This document shows, in pieces, positions 28,291 to 38,895 of a stretch of 64,000 nucleotides of DNA. The translations under genes were made by a program, and so were the position numbers. Each line of letters opens with the position of its first letter. The stretch's first letter is position 1. The DNA is from Obrimoposthia wandeli (Eukaryota): NCBI GenBank assembly GCA_977020255.1, contig CDROCS010005962.1, forward strand, positions 1 to 64,000, in the 5' to 3' direction. The notes under the pieces are model-generated. The model saw nothing but the letters and a program-made list of their open reading frames with translations. It was not told the DNA's origin and searched no databases.

Positions 28291-29187
28291 ATGTATCCAT
28301 TAGACTATATTGAACCTGTTTTTCGACCACCAAGTGAGTGGAAAAGCCTGATTTTACAAGTAACAAACGGATGCTCATACAATAAATGCACCTTTTGCGA
28401 TATGTACACTAGCGACAGTAAAAAATTTAAACCTAAAAAATTAGAAAATATTGAACAAGAACTACAAACCATAGTGGCATCATCACTGCCGGTTGGTCGC
28501 GTATTTTTAGCTGATGGCGACGCTATGATGCTGCCGTTTAAACGCTTGAAAGATATTCTGTTACTGATCAAACAATATTTACCGCAAGTAACACGCGTTT
28601 CAAGCTACTGCTTACCTAGAAACTTAACCAACAAAACCGTTGAACAGCTCGCTGAGCTTAATCAACTTGGGCTAAAACTGGTTTATATCGGTTGTGAAAG
28701 TGGCGATGATGAAGTACTCGCATTGATAGAAAAAGGTGAAACATACCAAAGTTCACTTATCGCCTTGCAGAAAATAAAACAGGCTGGCATGAAGTCATCG
28801 GTGATGATTTTAAACGGTTTAGGCGGCCCAACCTTATCAAAGCAACATGCCATCAACTCCGCACGCTTAATGAATGAAGCACAGCCGGATTTTCTATCAA
28901 CCTTAGTGGTCAGTTTTCCGTTAGGTGAAGCACGTTTTGCGAAAAATTTTCCACAACATCAGCCATTTCGTCTGTTACATCAGCAAGAGTTGTTTAATGA
29001 AATGAAGATTTTACTCTCAGAGCTAGTACTGGATAAAACTATTTTTAGATCTGATCATGCTTCAAATTATCTAGTCTTAAAAGGTATTTTAGGCAAAGAT
29101 AAAGCAATGCTAATTAATACGGTGCAAATGGCAATCGATAAATCAAATAGCATACCTATTCGCCAAGAATGGCAGCGAGGTTTGTAA
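28291..29187 (+). CDS. Radical SAM protein
   Basis: GCSYNKCTFCDMY cluster motif, FLADGDA, GCESG and FRSDHASNYL. Confidence 0.85.
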   Translation: MYPLDYIEPVFRPPSEWKSLILQVTNGCSYNKCTFCDMYTSDSKKFKPKKLENIEQELQTIVASSLPVGRVFLADGDAMMLPFKRLKDILLLIKQYLPQVTRVSSYCLPRNLTNKTVEQLAELNQLGLKLVYIGCESGDDEVLALIEKGETYQSSLIALQKIKQAGMKSSVMILNGLGGPTLSKQHAINSARLMNEAQPDFLSTLVVSFPLGEARFAKNFPQHQPFRLLHQQELFNEMKILLSELVLDKTIFRSDHASNYLVLKGILGKDKAMLINTVQMAIDKSNSIPIRQEWQRGL

Positions 29188-29344
29188 ACGGGGGTAGTTT
29201 ATTTGTGTCGTAAAATAGGGCGGTAATTTCGTTGTTTTATTTGAACCTTGTTGAGGTGAGCTATTACAGGCGTTGCGAGTATAAAATTAGAAGATGTACC
29301 ATAAGCAGTAAATAGTTGCATGTTCGTTACCGTTCTCACTTAAC

Positions 29345-30202
29345 TCATTGCTTAATCAACTTTGCTTTTACTGTCGGCAGGTACTTAGTAATAAAGGCTT
29401 GATACTGTGCAGATGCTTTAACTTGTGTTAATGCTGAGTCCATTCGATGAACAAAGTCACTTTTAAAGGCAAAATTATGCTCGATGCTATCGGTATAGCC
29501 GATATGGGCGGTTTGTCGCATCACCACCATTGATTCTGTTAAGCCTTTATAATTTAAGTCGCGTAATTTACTTAGCTTTGCCAATTCATATTGAATCGAA
29601 AATCTATCATTGATATAGCAATCTATGCGCTTTAATTGTAATTTTAATAGATTCGAACGTGTACTCTTATTCTCCCATACCAGGATTTTTTTATCTGCAA
29701 CCGCGGCTATTATTTTCTCACCTAAAATCATATAACCGGCATTAACACCAATATTTAAGGGCGCTGAGTTTTTCTTACTTGATGAGCCAAGATAATCAAA
29801 TATATTAATATCTTTATGACAATAAGCCACCACCGTTTCACTCATCAACGCCAATGAATAAGGCCAAATATAGTCACGCTTTGTTATGTGTTGATAAGGC
29901 GGCAAAATAGCCAGTACATGTCCCTCCTTGACCTCCATCAGAGCACGTTGCCATGGCACCGCAACTAAGTTAATTTTGTAGTGACTACTCATTAACTTTG
30001 CGGCCGCTAACACCATATCAACATAAATGCCTTTTAAGGTATTATTTTCAACGTAGGAATAAGGCGGATAATTTTCGTCGGTTAATATCGTCACTTCAGG
30101 AATGCTATTAGCACTTAACGCTTGACTATAAAATACTGACCACACCAGTAATAGTGTGGATATTAGATGAGACAAGGTAGTTGAGATAGTTTTCGCGGAC
30201 AT
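29345..30202 (-). CDS. Periplasmic substrate-binding protein (family 3-like)
   Basis: Signal peptide, YPPYSY, VPWQRAL and LQLKRID motifs. ATG at 30202 lies just after the porin stop. Confidence 0.75.
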   Translation of the reverse strand: MSAKTISTTLSHLISTLLLVWSVFYSQALSANSIPEVTILTDENYPPYSYVENNTLKGIYVDMVLAAAKLMSSHYKINLVAVPWQRALMEVKEGHVLAILPPYQHITKRDYIWPYSLALMSETVVAYCHKDINIFDYLGSSSKKNSAPLNIGVNAGYMILGEKIIAAVADKKILVWENKSTRSNLLKLQLKRIDCYINDRFSIQYELAKLSKLRDLNYKGLTESMVVMRQTAHIGYTDSIEHNFAFKSDFVHRMDSALTQVKASAQYQAFITKYLPTVKAKLIKQ

Positions 30203-30204
30203 AG

Positions 30205-31359
30205 TTAATAAAGCCACTGGGTAGAAAAGTCATAACGAAAGCCAATGGACAGCGATGAAAAATTAGCAAGGTAGTCAAAATCACGTTGTAGGTATTCTAA
30301 ATGAAACCTTAAATAAGGTTTAGGGATCCACTCCAGGGTCGTATTAAAGCCACTAAAATCTTGACTCTGATTGGCGTTAAAACCATCAGAAAAATCAAAA
30401 TAGCCTAGCTTTACACGATAGGACTTACTTAACCAATAGGCTGCCGAAAAATCAAAGGTATGACCTGTTCTATCAGCTTGTGCGAGAGTTCTTTGGTAGG
30501 TTTTATCTTGATAAGCCAAGGCCAAGTACAGGCCGCTATCAAAATCATAAGCTAATGCCGCGGCATAAGTTTCATCGTCACCCATACTCGCACCATTGCT
30601 GTTTGCATCTTGGCTTAAATAGGTAAAAGCAGCATGTAGCCCTTGATGGTCATAGCTAATGCCAAGATTGAGTAAGTCACTATAGTGATCGCCATTGTCG
30701 CCATCAAATTGTGCTGCAGCCATCCAAGTATAACCGCCATTTTTAACTTGATAAGTCACTAAGTTATTGACGAAAAATATACTTTCAGCGTCGTAAGCAA
30801 ACGGGCTACTACCGTGATTGAAAATATCAACATACTCAGCAATAAATAAATATTGAGCGGGCCTTTGCTTGCCAATCCCTACACGTCCTAGCGGACTGTC
30901 TAGCGCAACATACACTTGCCTAGCTTTACCAAAGTCGCCATTATTAGCTAGGTCAATGCCCCATTCGCCATGTAATGTCGCACGCCAATCCATCGCAAAA
31001 TCACTGCTAACTTTAATGCCCGCATGCGACAGCGCATCTCTAACATCCGCTTGCGTGTGATCATTTTCATCGATATAACCTATGGTCGGTCTAAGCGTCG
31101 TATAGACTTTAACGCTATTAGTACTATCAGTTAATGTTGTTGCTGTATTACGTGCTATTTCTTCACGACTATGAGTGGCTTTCTCTAGGGAGTCGGTCGT
31201 CATCACTTGTTGCTTTTCAAGCTGGATAATTTTTTTTTGCAACACCGCAAGTTGTGATTTTAACTCCGCAAGAGTGATAACTTCTTGCGCGTTGCTGATC
31301 AAGCTAACAATCGATAAAGAAAATGCGAAAAAATAAGTAAAACCGTTAATTTTCATCAT
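30205..31359 (-). CDS. Gram-negative porin with an N-terminal coiled coil
   Basis: Signal peptide, coiled coil, alternating beta-strand pattern, C-terminal aromatic (IGFRYDF..WLY). Confidence 0.75.
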   Translation of the reverse strand: MMKINGFTYFFAFSLSIVSLISNAQEVITLAELKSQLAVLQKKIIQLEKQQVMTTDSLEKATHSREEIARNTATTLTDSTNSVKVYTTLRPTIGYIDENDHTQADVRDALSHAGIKVSSDFAMDWRATLHGEWGIDLANNGDFGKARQVYVALDSPLGRVGIGKQRPAQYLFIAEYVDIFNHGSSPFAYDAESIFFVNNLVTYQVKNGGYTWMAAAQFDGDNGDHYSDLLNLGISYDHQGLHAAFTYLSQDANSNGASMGDDETYAAALAYDFDSGLYLALAYQDKTYQRTLAQADRTGHTFDFSAAYWLSKSYRVKLGYFDFSDGFNANQSQDFSGFNTTLEWIPKPYLRFHLEYLQRDFDYLANFSSLSIGFRYDFSTQWLY

Positions 31360-31424
31360 AAAAAATCACTTTAAACGAACACTTTTTATTCAGTGTAGAC
31401 TATATATTATAGTTATATAAATTT

Positions 31425-33323
31425 TTGCTTATGGACCTAAGAATGAATATAAAAACAAAGTTTTCAGTTGCCTCTGGTATTATTGTTTTCGTGATCCTGT
31501 CTTTACTTTCCCTCTATAACTATACCTTGGTCAGCAATTCACTAGAAAAAGAAACTCAAGCTTATGTTGAAGATAATGCCTCTTTATTAACCCAGAGCAT
31601 CAGTCATTGGCTAAATAACAGAACCTCTCAGATCCAAGTGGTTACAAACATTATTGAAAATAACTATTCTGCGGAAAATTTTCAAAGCGCACTCGAGTTG
31701 TCATCACTCAAAAAGGATTTTTCTTTAATCTTTGGTACGCTAGCCAATGAAAATAAATTACGCTCTAACGATGCCAATCGAGTCAATCCAGCCAATGTCG
31801 ACTTTCGAGAGCGGCCTTGGTATAAACTAGGCCAAGCCAGTAAGGATATTCTTTTCACCAAACCCTATGTTGATGCCGCCACCAACGAACTACTCTTGTC
31901 GGTCGTCAGCCCAGTATATAGTGCAGGAAGTTTACAAGGTGTTTTAGGCGGTGACTTGAGCCTCAACAATATCGCTAAAAGTGTCAATACCATTAACTTT
32001 AATAATACCGGTTTAGCTTTTATCGCCGACGAAAGTGGCAATATTATTACCCACCCAAACGCGCCATTAAATGGCAAAAATACCGGAGACATCTATAAAA
32101 CACTGCCGAAAAAAGCCACCGAACTACTTGAAATAGAGCATGATGACATCAATAAACTTATCTATTTTTATCCAATGAAACAAGAATTTGGCATGACGTG
32201 GTATTTAGGTGTATTGCTAGAAAAAGATAAGGTCTATCAAAACTTAACTGATCTCACCAAGCAAACGATTTTATTTTCCATTATCGGTATCGCGCTGTGT
32301 ATATTTTTGTTACGACAGCTAGCAAAAAAACTACTACGCCCCTTAGGTGTTTTAGAGTCGGCTATTGCCGACATTGCTTCAGGAGGCGGTGATTTAACCC
32401 AACGGCTAGCCATTACCAACCAAGACGAGTGTGGAGCAGTTGCAGAAAATTTCAACGATTTCTTAGTCAGTATGCAACAACTGATCAAAGACATAAAACA
32501 CAAAGCGGATAGGGTGGTGAATAATAGTAACAGTGCAAAAAAACTGGCTACTGAATCAAGTGTGCAGTTACAACAACAAGGCTCACTTGTCGAAGGCCTA
32601 GCTACGGCGATGAATGAAATGAGCCAGACCTCAATGGATATTGCCTCAAGCGCGCAAGAAGCAGCCACCTCAATATCATCTGTTAATGAACGCACCGAGG
32701 AAGGTAGAGCATTATTTAATCAAACCAGTAGTGATGTAGTTGGACTTTCACAGGCAATTTCGTCGTCGCAAGAATTAAGTAATGAACTAGCGGAATATAG
32801 CAGTAATATTGAACAAGTGCTTTCCGTTATCAACGGTGTGGCAGAGCAAACCAACTTATTAGCCTTGAATGCCGCGATTGAAGCTGCCAGAGCTGGCGAG
32901 CAAGGTCGAGGTTTTGCCGTAGTAGCTGATGAAGTGCGCACCTTAGCGTCGCGAACACAAGAGTCAACAACCGAAATTAAAACCATGATCGAGCAAATTC
33001 AACAATCGTCCAGTCAAGTGCAAGTATCGATGAACACCAGTCGAGATAAAGCTGACGCTTGTGTTGAAAATACCCAAATAGCCAGTCAAGCATTAGAAGA
33101 TATTTCTGGCGCAGTAAAAGATATTATGGATCGCAACATCCAAATTGCTGCCGCCATTGAAGAGCAAAGTGTGGTAATTGAAGAGATTAACAAGAACACC
33201 ACCGACATCAATGACATTAGCTTACAGGTGGGCGACTTTTCTCTTGAACAAGTGCGTAATAATGAAACCCTGGTTGATGAAGTTAATCAACAACAATTAC
33301 TGCTCGAGAAATTTATTGTTTAG
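31425..33323 (+). CDS. Methyl-accepting chemotaxis protein (dCache-HAMP-MA)
   Basis: Two TMs, [14 protein letters not shown] dCache motifs, [31 protein letters not shown]. The true start may be 31443. Confidence 0.93.
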   Translation: MLMDLRMNIKTKFSVASGIIVFVILSLLSLYNYTLVSNSLEKETQAYVEDNASLLTQSISHWLNNRTSQIQVVTNIIENNYSAENFQSALELSSLKKDFSLIFGTLANENKLRSNDANRVNPANVDFRERPWYKLGQASKDILFTKPYVDAATNELLLSVVSPVYSAGSLQGVLGGDLSLNNIAKSVNTINFNNTGLAFIADESGNIITHPNAPLNGKNTGDIYKTLPKKATELLEIEHDDINKLIYFYPMKQEFGMTWYLGVLLEKDKVYQNLTDLTKQTILFSIIGIALCIFLLRQLAKKLLRPLGVLESAIADIASGGGDLTQRLAITNQDECGAVAENFNDFLVSMQQLIKDIKHKADRVVNNSNSAKKLATESSVQLQQQGSLVEGLATAMNEMSQTSMDIASSAQEAATSISSVNERTEEGRALFNQTSSDVVGLSQAISSSQELSNELAEYSSNIEQVLSVINGVAEQTNLLALNAAIEAARAGEQGRGFAVVADEVRTLASRTQESTTEIKTMIEQIQQSSSQVQVSMNTSRDKADACVENTQIASQALEDISGAVKDIMDRNIQIAAAIEEQSVVIEEINKNTTDINDISLQVGDFSLEQVRNNETLVDEVNQQQLLLEKFIV

Positions 33324-33346
33324 CCGATGTTATCGCTTTAATCGCC

Positions 33347-33624
33347 TAGGGTCTGTTGAACTTTCGCGATTAAATTTTATTTGAGATAAAAGCGTTTTAA
33401 TCGCGCGGGTTTTATGTAGCTTAGTTATTCTAAGCAAATACCACTCACAGCTACCGCATCCTGCTATCGCTAAGTATCTACATCTCTGTAGAAAAAAAAG
33501 CGTAAAACGCTTTTAGCCGAATCCTTTTGACAGCATTTGTTGGTTATTTTTACGGCGCTGTCGCCTTGTATAAATACCCAATAATTCGCTGCAAAAAAAA
33601 ATCTAGAAAGATCAACAGCCCCTA
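33347..33624. mobile_element. 278-bp MITE
   Basis: Terminal inverted repeats TAGGGTCTGTTGAACTTTC and TAGGGGCTGTTGATCTTTC (17 of 19 match), TA at both ends, no ORF. Confidence 0.8.
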
Positions 33625-33750
33625 CTATTCACATTGATTTCTCAATTATGAAATTGTTTGACATAATTTGAAACAGTTTCGCTAAAATTAAAGCCGACAA
33701 AACAGTTACAATTGTTAACTATATAACAATAATAAAAACATTTACTTATT

Positions 33751-35808
33751 ATGAATTTAAAAGTCTCTTTAAAAATTAAAACTGGGTTAGTTAGCCTTTT
33801 AATTTTGCCTTATTTAGACACTGTTGCTAACGAATTATCACCTGCTAATAATACATCAAGCTACCAGCCATCTTTTTTCATTCAATATCAACCACAAAAT
33901 GCATACGACATGATCGAGAGGCTACCTGGCTTTTCATTTGACGGCGGATCGGATGAGCGTGGTTTTGGTGGCAATGCAGGTAACGTGCTAATTGACGGAT
34001 CACGTCCAACATCAAAATCGGGTGGGTTACAAGGAGCGTTGACTAGAATACCTGCCGCACAAGTCGATAGAATTGAAATTATTCGTGGTGGTCAAGGCTC
34101 AAGCGACACATCAGGGCAGTCAATTATTGCTAATATTATTCGAAAAAAAGACATCACAACAGGGACTTGGGCACTAAAATTAAGACGAGCACCTGATGGT
34201 GACTTAAGGCCTAACATTGAAGCAGCGGTCACCACAACTATAGGTCAATGGGAAACTAATTTTGATACTGATATTGGCGGTTGGGTAGGGTACAGAACCG
34301 CCGTTGTAGAAAATAAAGACAGTCAAGGTCAACTAACAAAAAGTGCCAATGAAATACTCGATGAAAAAAATACTTGGGGTTATATTAACGGGCAAGGTTT
34401 CAGAGAATATACAGAAGGCCAGCTCACCCTAAATGGACGTATTGGTGGTGAAAAATGGCAAGGAGAAACGACAAGAGATATTTATCACGCGACATCATCA
34501 AAACAAGAACTTGATGCATTTTGGCAACTTGATGAAGATAATACCAACAAAGAATTAGAATTAGGCATTGACTGGCTTGGTAATGACGATGAATGGAAAT
34601 GGCATGTTTTAGGCTTAGCCGTTGTGAAGCATCAAAACTATGAAAACAGTTTTCATCAAGAAGACTATGCGCAGCCCAGTTTATACGACAGTTATTTTCA
34701 ACAAAAGCGGCTTAAAACAGAATATATTTTAAGGAATACTTACGGGAAAGTAGGTAGTGATAAATTTAGACCTGAGTATGGCTTTGAAATAGCGAATAAT
34801 AAACTAGATACAGAACTAGATTCTGTAGAGAACAACCAGCAGCAACAATTGAGTGCAGCCAATGTCGTTGCTGAAGAAATCAGAGCAGAGTTATTTGTAA
34901 CCTTTGCCTATAGTGCAACAGAAGACTTATCAATTGATGGCGGTTTAACTGCAGAGTTTTCTACCATTGAAGTTTCCGGTGATGCTTCAAATGAACAGAA
35001 TTTCACGTTTTTAAAACCCAGATTATCAGCCAGCTATAACGTTAACTCTGCATTGCAATTAAGTGTTTTAGCCCAGCATAAAGTTGGGCAACTTAATTTT
35101 AACGATTTTGCTGCAAGTAATGACGCTGCTGATGATAGAAATACTGCTGGTAATCCAAATTTGACCCCTGATCAAACGACTGAACTGAGTACTCGACTTG
35201 ATTGGGGCTTTAGTGAAAAAGGAAGTTTATCAGTCAGACTATTTCATGAGTGGCGAAAAGATATCCTTGAATACATTATTTTACCTACAGAAAATGGCGA
35301 TGTTAGTCATGGCTTAGGTAATGCTGGTGATGCTACATTCTGGGGCTTTGAAATGGCCTTAAACTTACCATTAGATAACATTATAGATAATGGTTTATTG
35401 TTAATATCCTATGAATATTATGATTCTGAATATTTTGGCTCTGTCATCAATGGTAATAGAATTATAAGTGACTATACACCTAAAGAATTTAATATTGAGT
35501 TCAGGCAAGACCTCGTTGAACAAAAAATAGCCTGGGGTGTCGAATTTATTAGCCACTTTGTTGAAAGTGATTACCTAGTTGATGAATTACATACATTTGA
35601 GGGTAATAATCGTTTAGAAGCCTTTATTGAAACAACATACTTTGATGGACTGAAAATTCAACTTCAAGTTGAGCATTTAAATACGGGTGAGTACACACGC
35701 TCAAGATTTATCTTTGAAAATGATCGTTCAGGCGATTATCTTGGTAGTCAGGTTGCTTCTAGAAAAAGAGAGCCAGAGTTAAAGCTCTCTGTGTGGGGTA
35801 CTTTTTAA
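33751..35808 (+). CDS. TonB-dependent receptor
   Basis: Plug motif NVLIDG..RIEIIRG, NPNLTPD, C-terminal Phe. Confidence 0.85.
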   Translation: MNLKVSLKIKTGLVSLLILPYLDTVANELSPANNTSSYQPSFFIQYQPQNAYDMIERLPGFSFDGGSDERGFGGNAGNVLIDGSRPTSKSGGLQGALTRIPAAQVDRIEIIRGGQGSSDTSGQSIIANIIRKKDITTGTWALKLRRAPDGDLRPNIEAAVTTTIGQWETNFDTDIGGWVGYRTAVVENKDSQGQLTKSANEILDEKNTWGYINGQGFREYTEGQLTLNGRIGGEKWQGETTRDIYHATSSKQELDAFWQLDEDNTNKELELGIDWLGNDDEWKWHVLGLAVVKHQNYENSFHQEDYAQPSLYDSYFQQKRLKTEYILRNTYGKVGSDKFRPEYGFEIANNKLDTELDSVENNQQQQLSAANVVAEEIRAELFVTFAYSATEDLSIDGGLTAEFSTIEVSGDASNEQNFTFLKPRLSASYNVNSALQLSVLAQHKVGQLNFNDFAASNDAADDRNTAGNPNLTPDQTTELSTRLDWGFSEKGSLSVRLFHEWRKDILEYIILPTENGDVSHGLGNAGDATFWGFEMALNLPLDNIIDNGLLLISYEYYDSEYFGSVINGNRIISDYTPKEFNIEFRQDLVEQKIAWGVEFISHFVESDYLVDELHTFEGNNRLEAFIETTYFDGLKIQLQVEHLNTGEYTRSRFIFENDRSGDYLGSQVASRKREPELKLSVWGTF

Positions 35809-35959
35809 AACATGCATTACTTATAACGGCTATTTTTGTGAAATTAACAGCAGAATTAATATGATACTCACTCTAGATTCTATAAAGTTTAAAGCGGGTG
35901 TCTCTTTAACTTGCTATTCTACAGGTTCGTTATACGACTAATCAAATTAAGGTGTCAAG

Positions 35960-37096
35960 ATGAACCAATACAAGAATGTTCAATATTTTCTATTTGTTTT
36001 AGGTGTTTCGTTTAGTCTTATTTGCCAAGCTAAAACAATCGATATAGGCAGTACAACCTTTTCACACACTCTACTAAACGTAGGGGCAGGAAAATCGTCA
36101 ATATCCGTTTTTGATTTCAATTCAGATGGCTATGAGGATGTAATTATTTCTAATTATGCAGACAATAACATTGTCATATATCAGGGGGATGGCAAAGGTA
36201 ATTTAACCGAGACTAGTCGTTATGCAGCCGGAAAAAACCCTACAGATATTTCCTCTGCTGACATAAATGGAGATGGAAACATTGATGTGGCTATAGCTAA
36301 TCACGAAACTTCGTATGTTACGTTGCTTTATGGTGATGGTCGAGGTGGCTTCACCCCTGGACCTCATTCACCGCTCAATACTGAAGTGAATCCTCATTTA
36401 CATGAGGTTCAATTGGAAGATCTTGATGGAGACAATAAAGTTGATCTAATTGTAGACAGTCGAACTCATGAAGGTTTGCGTGTTCTAAAGGGGCTAGGCA
36501 ATGGCCGTTTCCATACACCAGGAAAACTTATCAACGTTGGTGGCGATCCCTATCTTGGATTTGCCATTGGCGATTTAAATGGTGACGGAAAGTTGGATTT
36601 AGTTACACCGAATCAACGCGATATTGGCATAATTCTCAATACCAATTCTGAAAAGCTAACGTTTTCCTTGAAAAAGTTGCCATCATCCGAATCTCCATTT
36701 GCAGTTGAATTGGCTGAAATGACTGGAGATGGTAAAGCCGATTTAATTGTTGCTGCAAACGGAAATCATATAAGTATTATTCCTGGAGATGGCAAAGGTA
36801 ATTTCCTAGAAGAAAAGAAGACAACAATCAGAACAGATGCTGGTGCGAAACAAATAGCTGTGGGAGATATTAATGGTGACGGAATTGAAGATGTTTTAAT
36901 CAGTAATTGGTCTGGAAAATTACTCGCCGTTTTAGGTAATAAGACGACTTTTGAAACTATTAGTTTTGAGCATCCAAGTATTCCTAACACGTGGGGAGTT
37001 GTATTGGCTGATCTAAATAAAGATGGTAAAAGCGATTTTATAATAGCTGATGGCAACACTAAATTAGCTGCTGTGTATATTAGTCAAGACAAGTGA
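35960..37096 (+). CDS. Secreted FG-GAP/VCBS repeat protein
   Basis: Signal peptide and seven D(F/I/L)NxDG.xD-type repeats, consistent with a beta-propeller. Confidence 0.85.
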   Translation: MNQYKNVQYFLFVLGVSFSLICQAKTIDIGSTTFSHTLLNVGAGKSSISVFDFNSDGYEDVIISNYADNNIVIYQGDGKGNLTETSRYAAGKNPTDISSADINGDGNIDVAIANHETSYVTLLYGDGRGGFTPGPHSPLNTEVNPHLHEVQLEDLDGDNKVDLIVDSRTHEGLRVLKGLGNGRFHTPGKLINVGGDPYLGFAIGDLNGDGKLDLVTPNQRDIGIILNTNSEKLTFSLKKLPSSESPFAVELAEMTGDGKADLIVAANGNHISIIPGDGKGNFLEEKKTTIRTDAGAKQIAVGDINGDGIEDVLISNWSGKLLAVLGNKTTFETISFEHPSIPNTWGVVLADLNKDGKSDFIIADGNTKLAAVYISQDK

Positions 37097-37104
37097 TAAC
37101 CATC

Positions 37105-37191
37105 GTATAACAACACGCCATGAGGTGGACAACTAGTAAAATTTAGCTATTTATTGCAAATTTTAACAGCGGCGAACCTCTACGTTTAAGT
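37105..37191 (+). other. Degenerate attC-like site closing the FG-GAP cassette
   Basis: GTATAAC (37105-37111) is the exact complement of GTTATAC (35929-35935). Internal pairings GAGGT/ACCTC and AAAATTT/AAATTTT. Confidence 0.5.
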
Positions 37192-37278
37192 ACTTCTAAA
37201 TATTTAGATTCATCATAATGTTTCTCAAAAACTTAAATCTATAAAAAAATTAATAAGACACCAACTCTAAATTATTAC

Positions 37279-37305
37279 TATAGTATTTTTTTTATGTGCC
37301 GATAA
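37279..37305 (+). promoter_or_regulatory. Sigma-28 (FliA) promoter
   Basis: TATAGTAT-N11-GCCGATAA versus the consensus TAAAGTTT-N11-GCCGATAA. Confidence 0.65.
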
Positions 37306-37360
37306 AGCTATGTGCCGATAAAGCAAAGATAAACATAGGAAATAACAAGGAAAGCAAAAA

Positions 37361-37804
37361 ATGGAATTACATGTTAATAAAATGCAAGTAAGTATTAAGC
37401 AATCACCGCAAGAAATTGCTATGGCATCGAAACAAGCCATTATTAATGTAGAAAGTGCAACTCCCAAAGTTGCTGGAAGTTTAGAAGAAGATACAGTCAC
37501 CATTTCTAATGCCGGCCATGAAAAAAATGTTAACGAGAAAAACCAAGCGGCATTTCGTAAAATGATGGGCCACGAAGAAGTAGAAAGTAGTAAGAAAAGT
37601 GATGGTAAGGCAGACATAGATGATAAAATTGCTGAGTTGAAAGAAAAAATTGATAAGTTGATGGAAGAGCTTAGCCAACTTCGTGGTAAATCAGATGAAG
37701 AATCAGAGCAAAAAATCAAAGTATTAGAAATGGAATTAGCCTCCTTAAATGCACAAATGCTACAATTAGTGGAGCAAAAACTGGAATCAAGCAAAAAGAA
37801 ATAA
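37361..37804 (+). CDS. FlxA-like coiled-coil protein
   Basis: DTVTISNAG motif, C-terminal coiled coil and an upstream sigma-28 promoter. Confidence 0.55.
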   Translation: MELHVNKMQVSIKQSPQEIAMASKQAIINVESATPKVAGSLEEDTVTISNAGHEKNVNEKNQAAFRKMMGHEEVESSKKSDGKADIDDKIAELKEKIDKLMEELSQLRGKSDEESEQKIKVLEMELASLNAQMLQLVEQKLESSKKK

Positions 37805-37906
37805 GCAGCTAATTAACCACTAATTAGCAAGACTCTCAGGCTAAATGAATAAGTTTTGCCTTTGTACTAAGCCAAAATAACAACATTATTTTAACGTAGA
37901 TGAGTT

Positions 37907-38034
37907 ATGGTCACAGCAATAAAATAACAAATCAGTGCAGTTGATGCCCCTTATTATCATTGTGTTGTCCATTGCGTCCGACGCGCGTTTTTATCTGGTA
38001 AAGATACATTGTCAGGTAAGGTATGAGCCCCGTT
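37907..38034 (+). pseudogene. 5' remnant of a REP-associated (Y1/HUH) tyrosine transposase
   Basis: MVTAIK*QISAVDAPYYHCVVHCVRRAFLSGKD resembles the PYYHCxSRCVRRAFLCG N-terminus of this family; internal stop, then truncation. Confidence 0.7.
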
Positions 38035-38100
38035 GAGGCTTTTTAGAATGAGTGTTATGTAAAAGATAAAATTCATACGGATATTTAAAGAGTGTATCCT

Positions 38101-38135
38101 TTAACTCTTAACTCTTAACTCTTAACTCTTAACTC
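38101..38135. repeat. Heptamer microsatellite (TTAACTC)x5
   Basis: Read directly from the sequence. Confidence 0.95.
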
Positions 38136-38192
38136 TAATCGAGATCAAAGTCGAATACAGTAATTAGCAGTGTGTGATGTTTTGCTATTTTA

Positions 38193-38810
38193 TTATCCCC
38201 TCAAGCCCGCAAAGCGAGAAACCAATAACATTAAAGCTTCCTCTCTTTTTAATAAATTAGAATCGAAATCAATGCGAACATATTCATCATGAGTTACAAA
38301 CTTTCTTTCATTCCACATTTGAAATACCCACTGTAATAAACCTCCTCCAACTGACTCTTTCGCAACTAGAATTTGGTTAACGTAATACCCTTCTTCATCA
38401 TAAGTAATTTCTTTTTCACTTTGGCTATTATTTATAGCAATGTGCCCCGAACAAACTTTTAAACGCTGTCCATATCCAATAAGTGAATAATCACAGTCTA
38501 GTTTTTTTATTAGAATTTTATCTTCTCTTACTTCTTCTTTATTGTTCATATGAAAATACTTGAATTCGAATCTTTCCAATGTGTCTGTAAAATCATAAAA
38601 AACTAAATTTTCTACAAGCATCAAAAGCTCTTTACCATCAAATATCTTATAAAAGTGATCACTTCCAAGGGGCTTATAAACTTTTAAGTTAGAAGGACTA
38701 TTTTCCCATAATGCTAATTCACCAATATCCCTGCTATCGAGGGGACGTTGGTTTTTTATCATGATATATGAATTCATTTCCTTATATCTCAATCTAATGT
38801 TAACTGCCAA
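38193..38810 (-). CDS. Hypothetical AT-rich protein
   Basis: 205-aa ORF; likely start at 38777 after AAGGAA. No recognisable motif. Confidence 0.55.
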   Translation of the reverse strand: MAVNIRLRYKEMNSYIMIKNQRPLDSRDIGELALWENSPSNLKVYKPLGSDHFYKIFDGKELLMLVENLVFYDFTDTLERFEFKYFHMNNKEEVREDKILIKKLDCDYSLIGYGQRLKVCSGHIAINNSQSEKEITYDEEGYYVNQILVAKESVGGGLLQWVFQMWNERKFVTHDEYVRIDFDSNLLKREEALMLLVSRFAGLRG

Positions 38811-38895
38811 TCACCGAAAATGTATGAAGGTGTTGATGCCCTAATATTTAGAGAGCTGCTTGCATTATTTTTAAAAATATAACGGCCTATTTATA

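Noticed and set aside
38140-38830. The 38193..38810 gene as another integron cassette
   Set aside because: The GTTAAC upstream does not fit GTTRRRY and no complementary inverse core or attC hairpin follows the stop.
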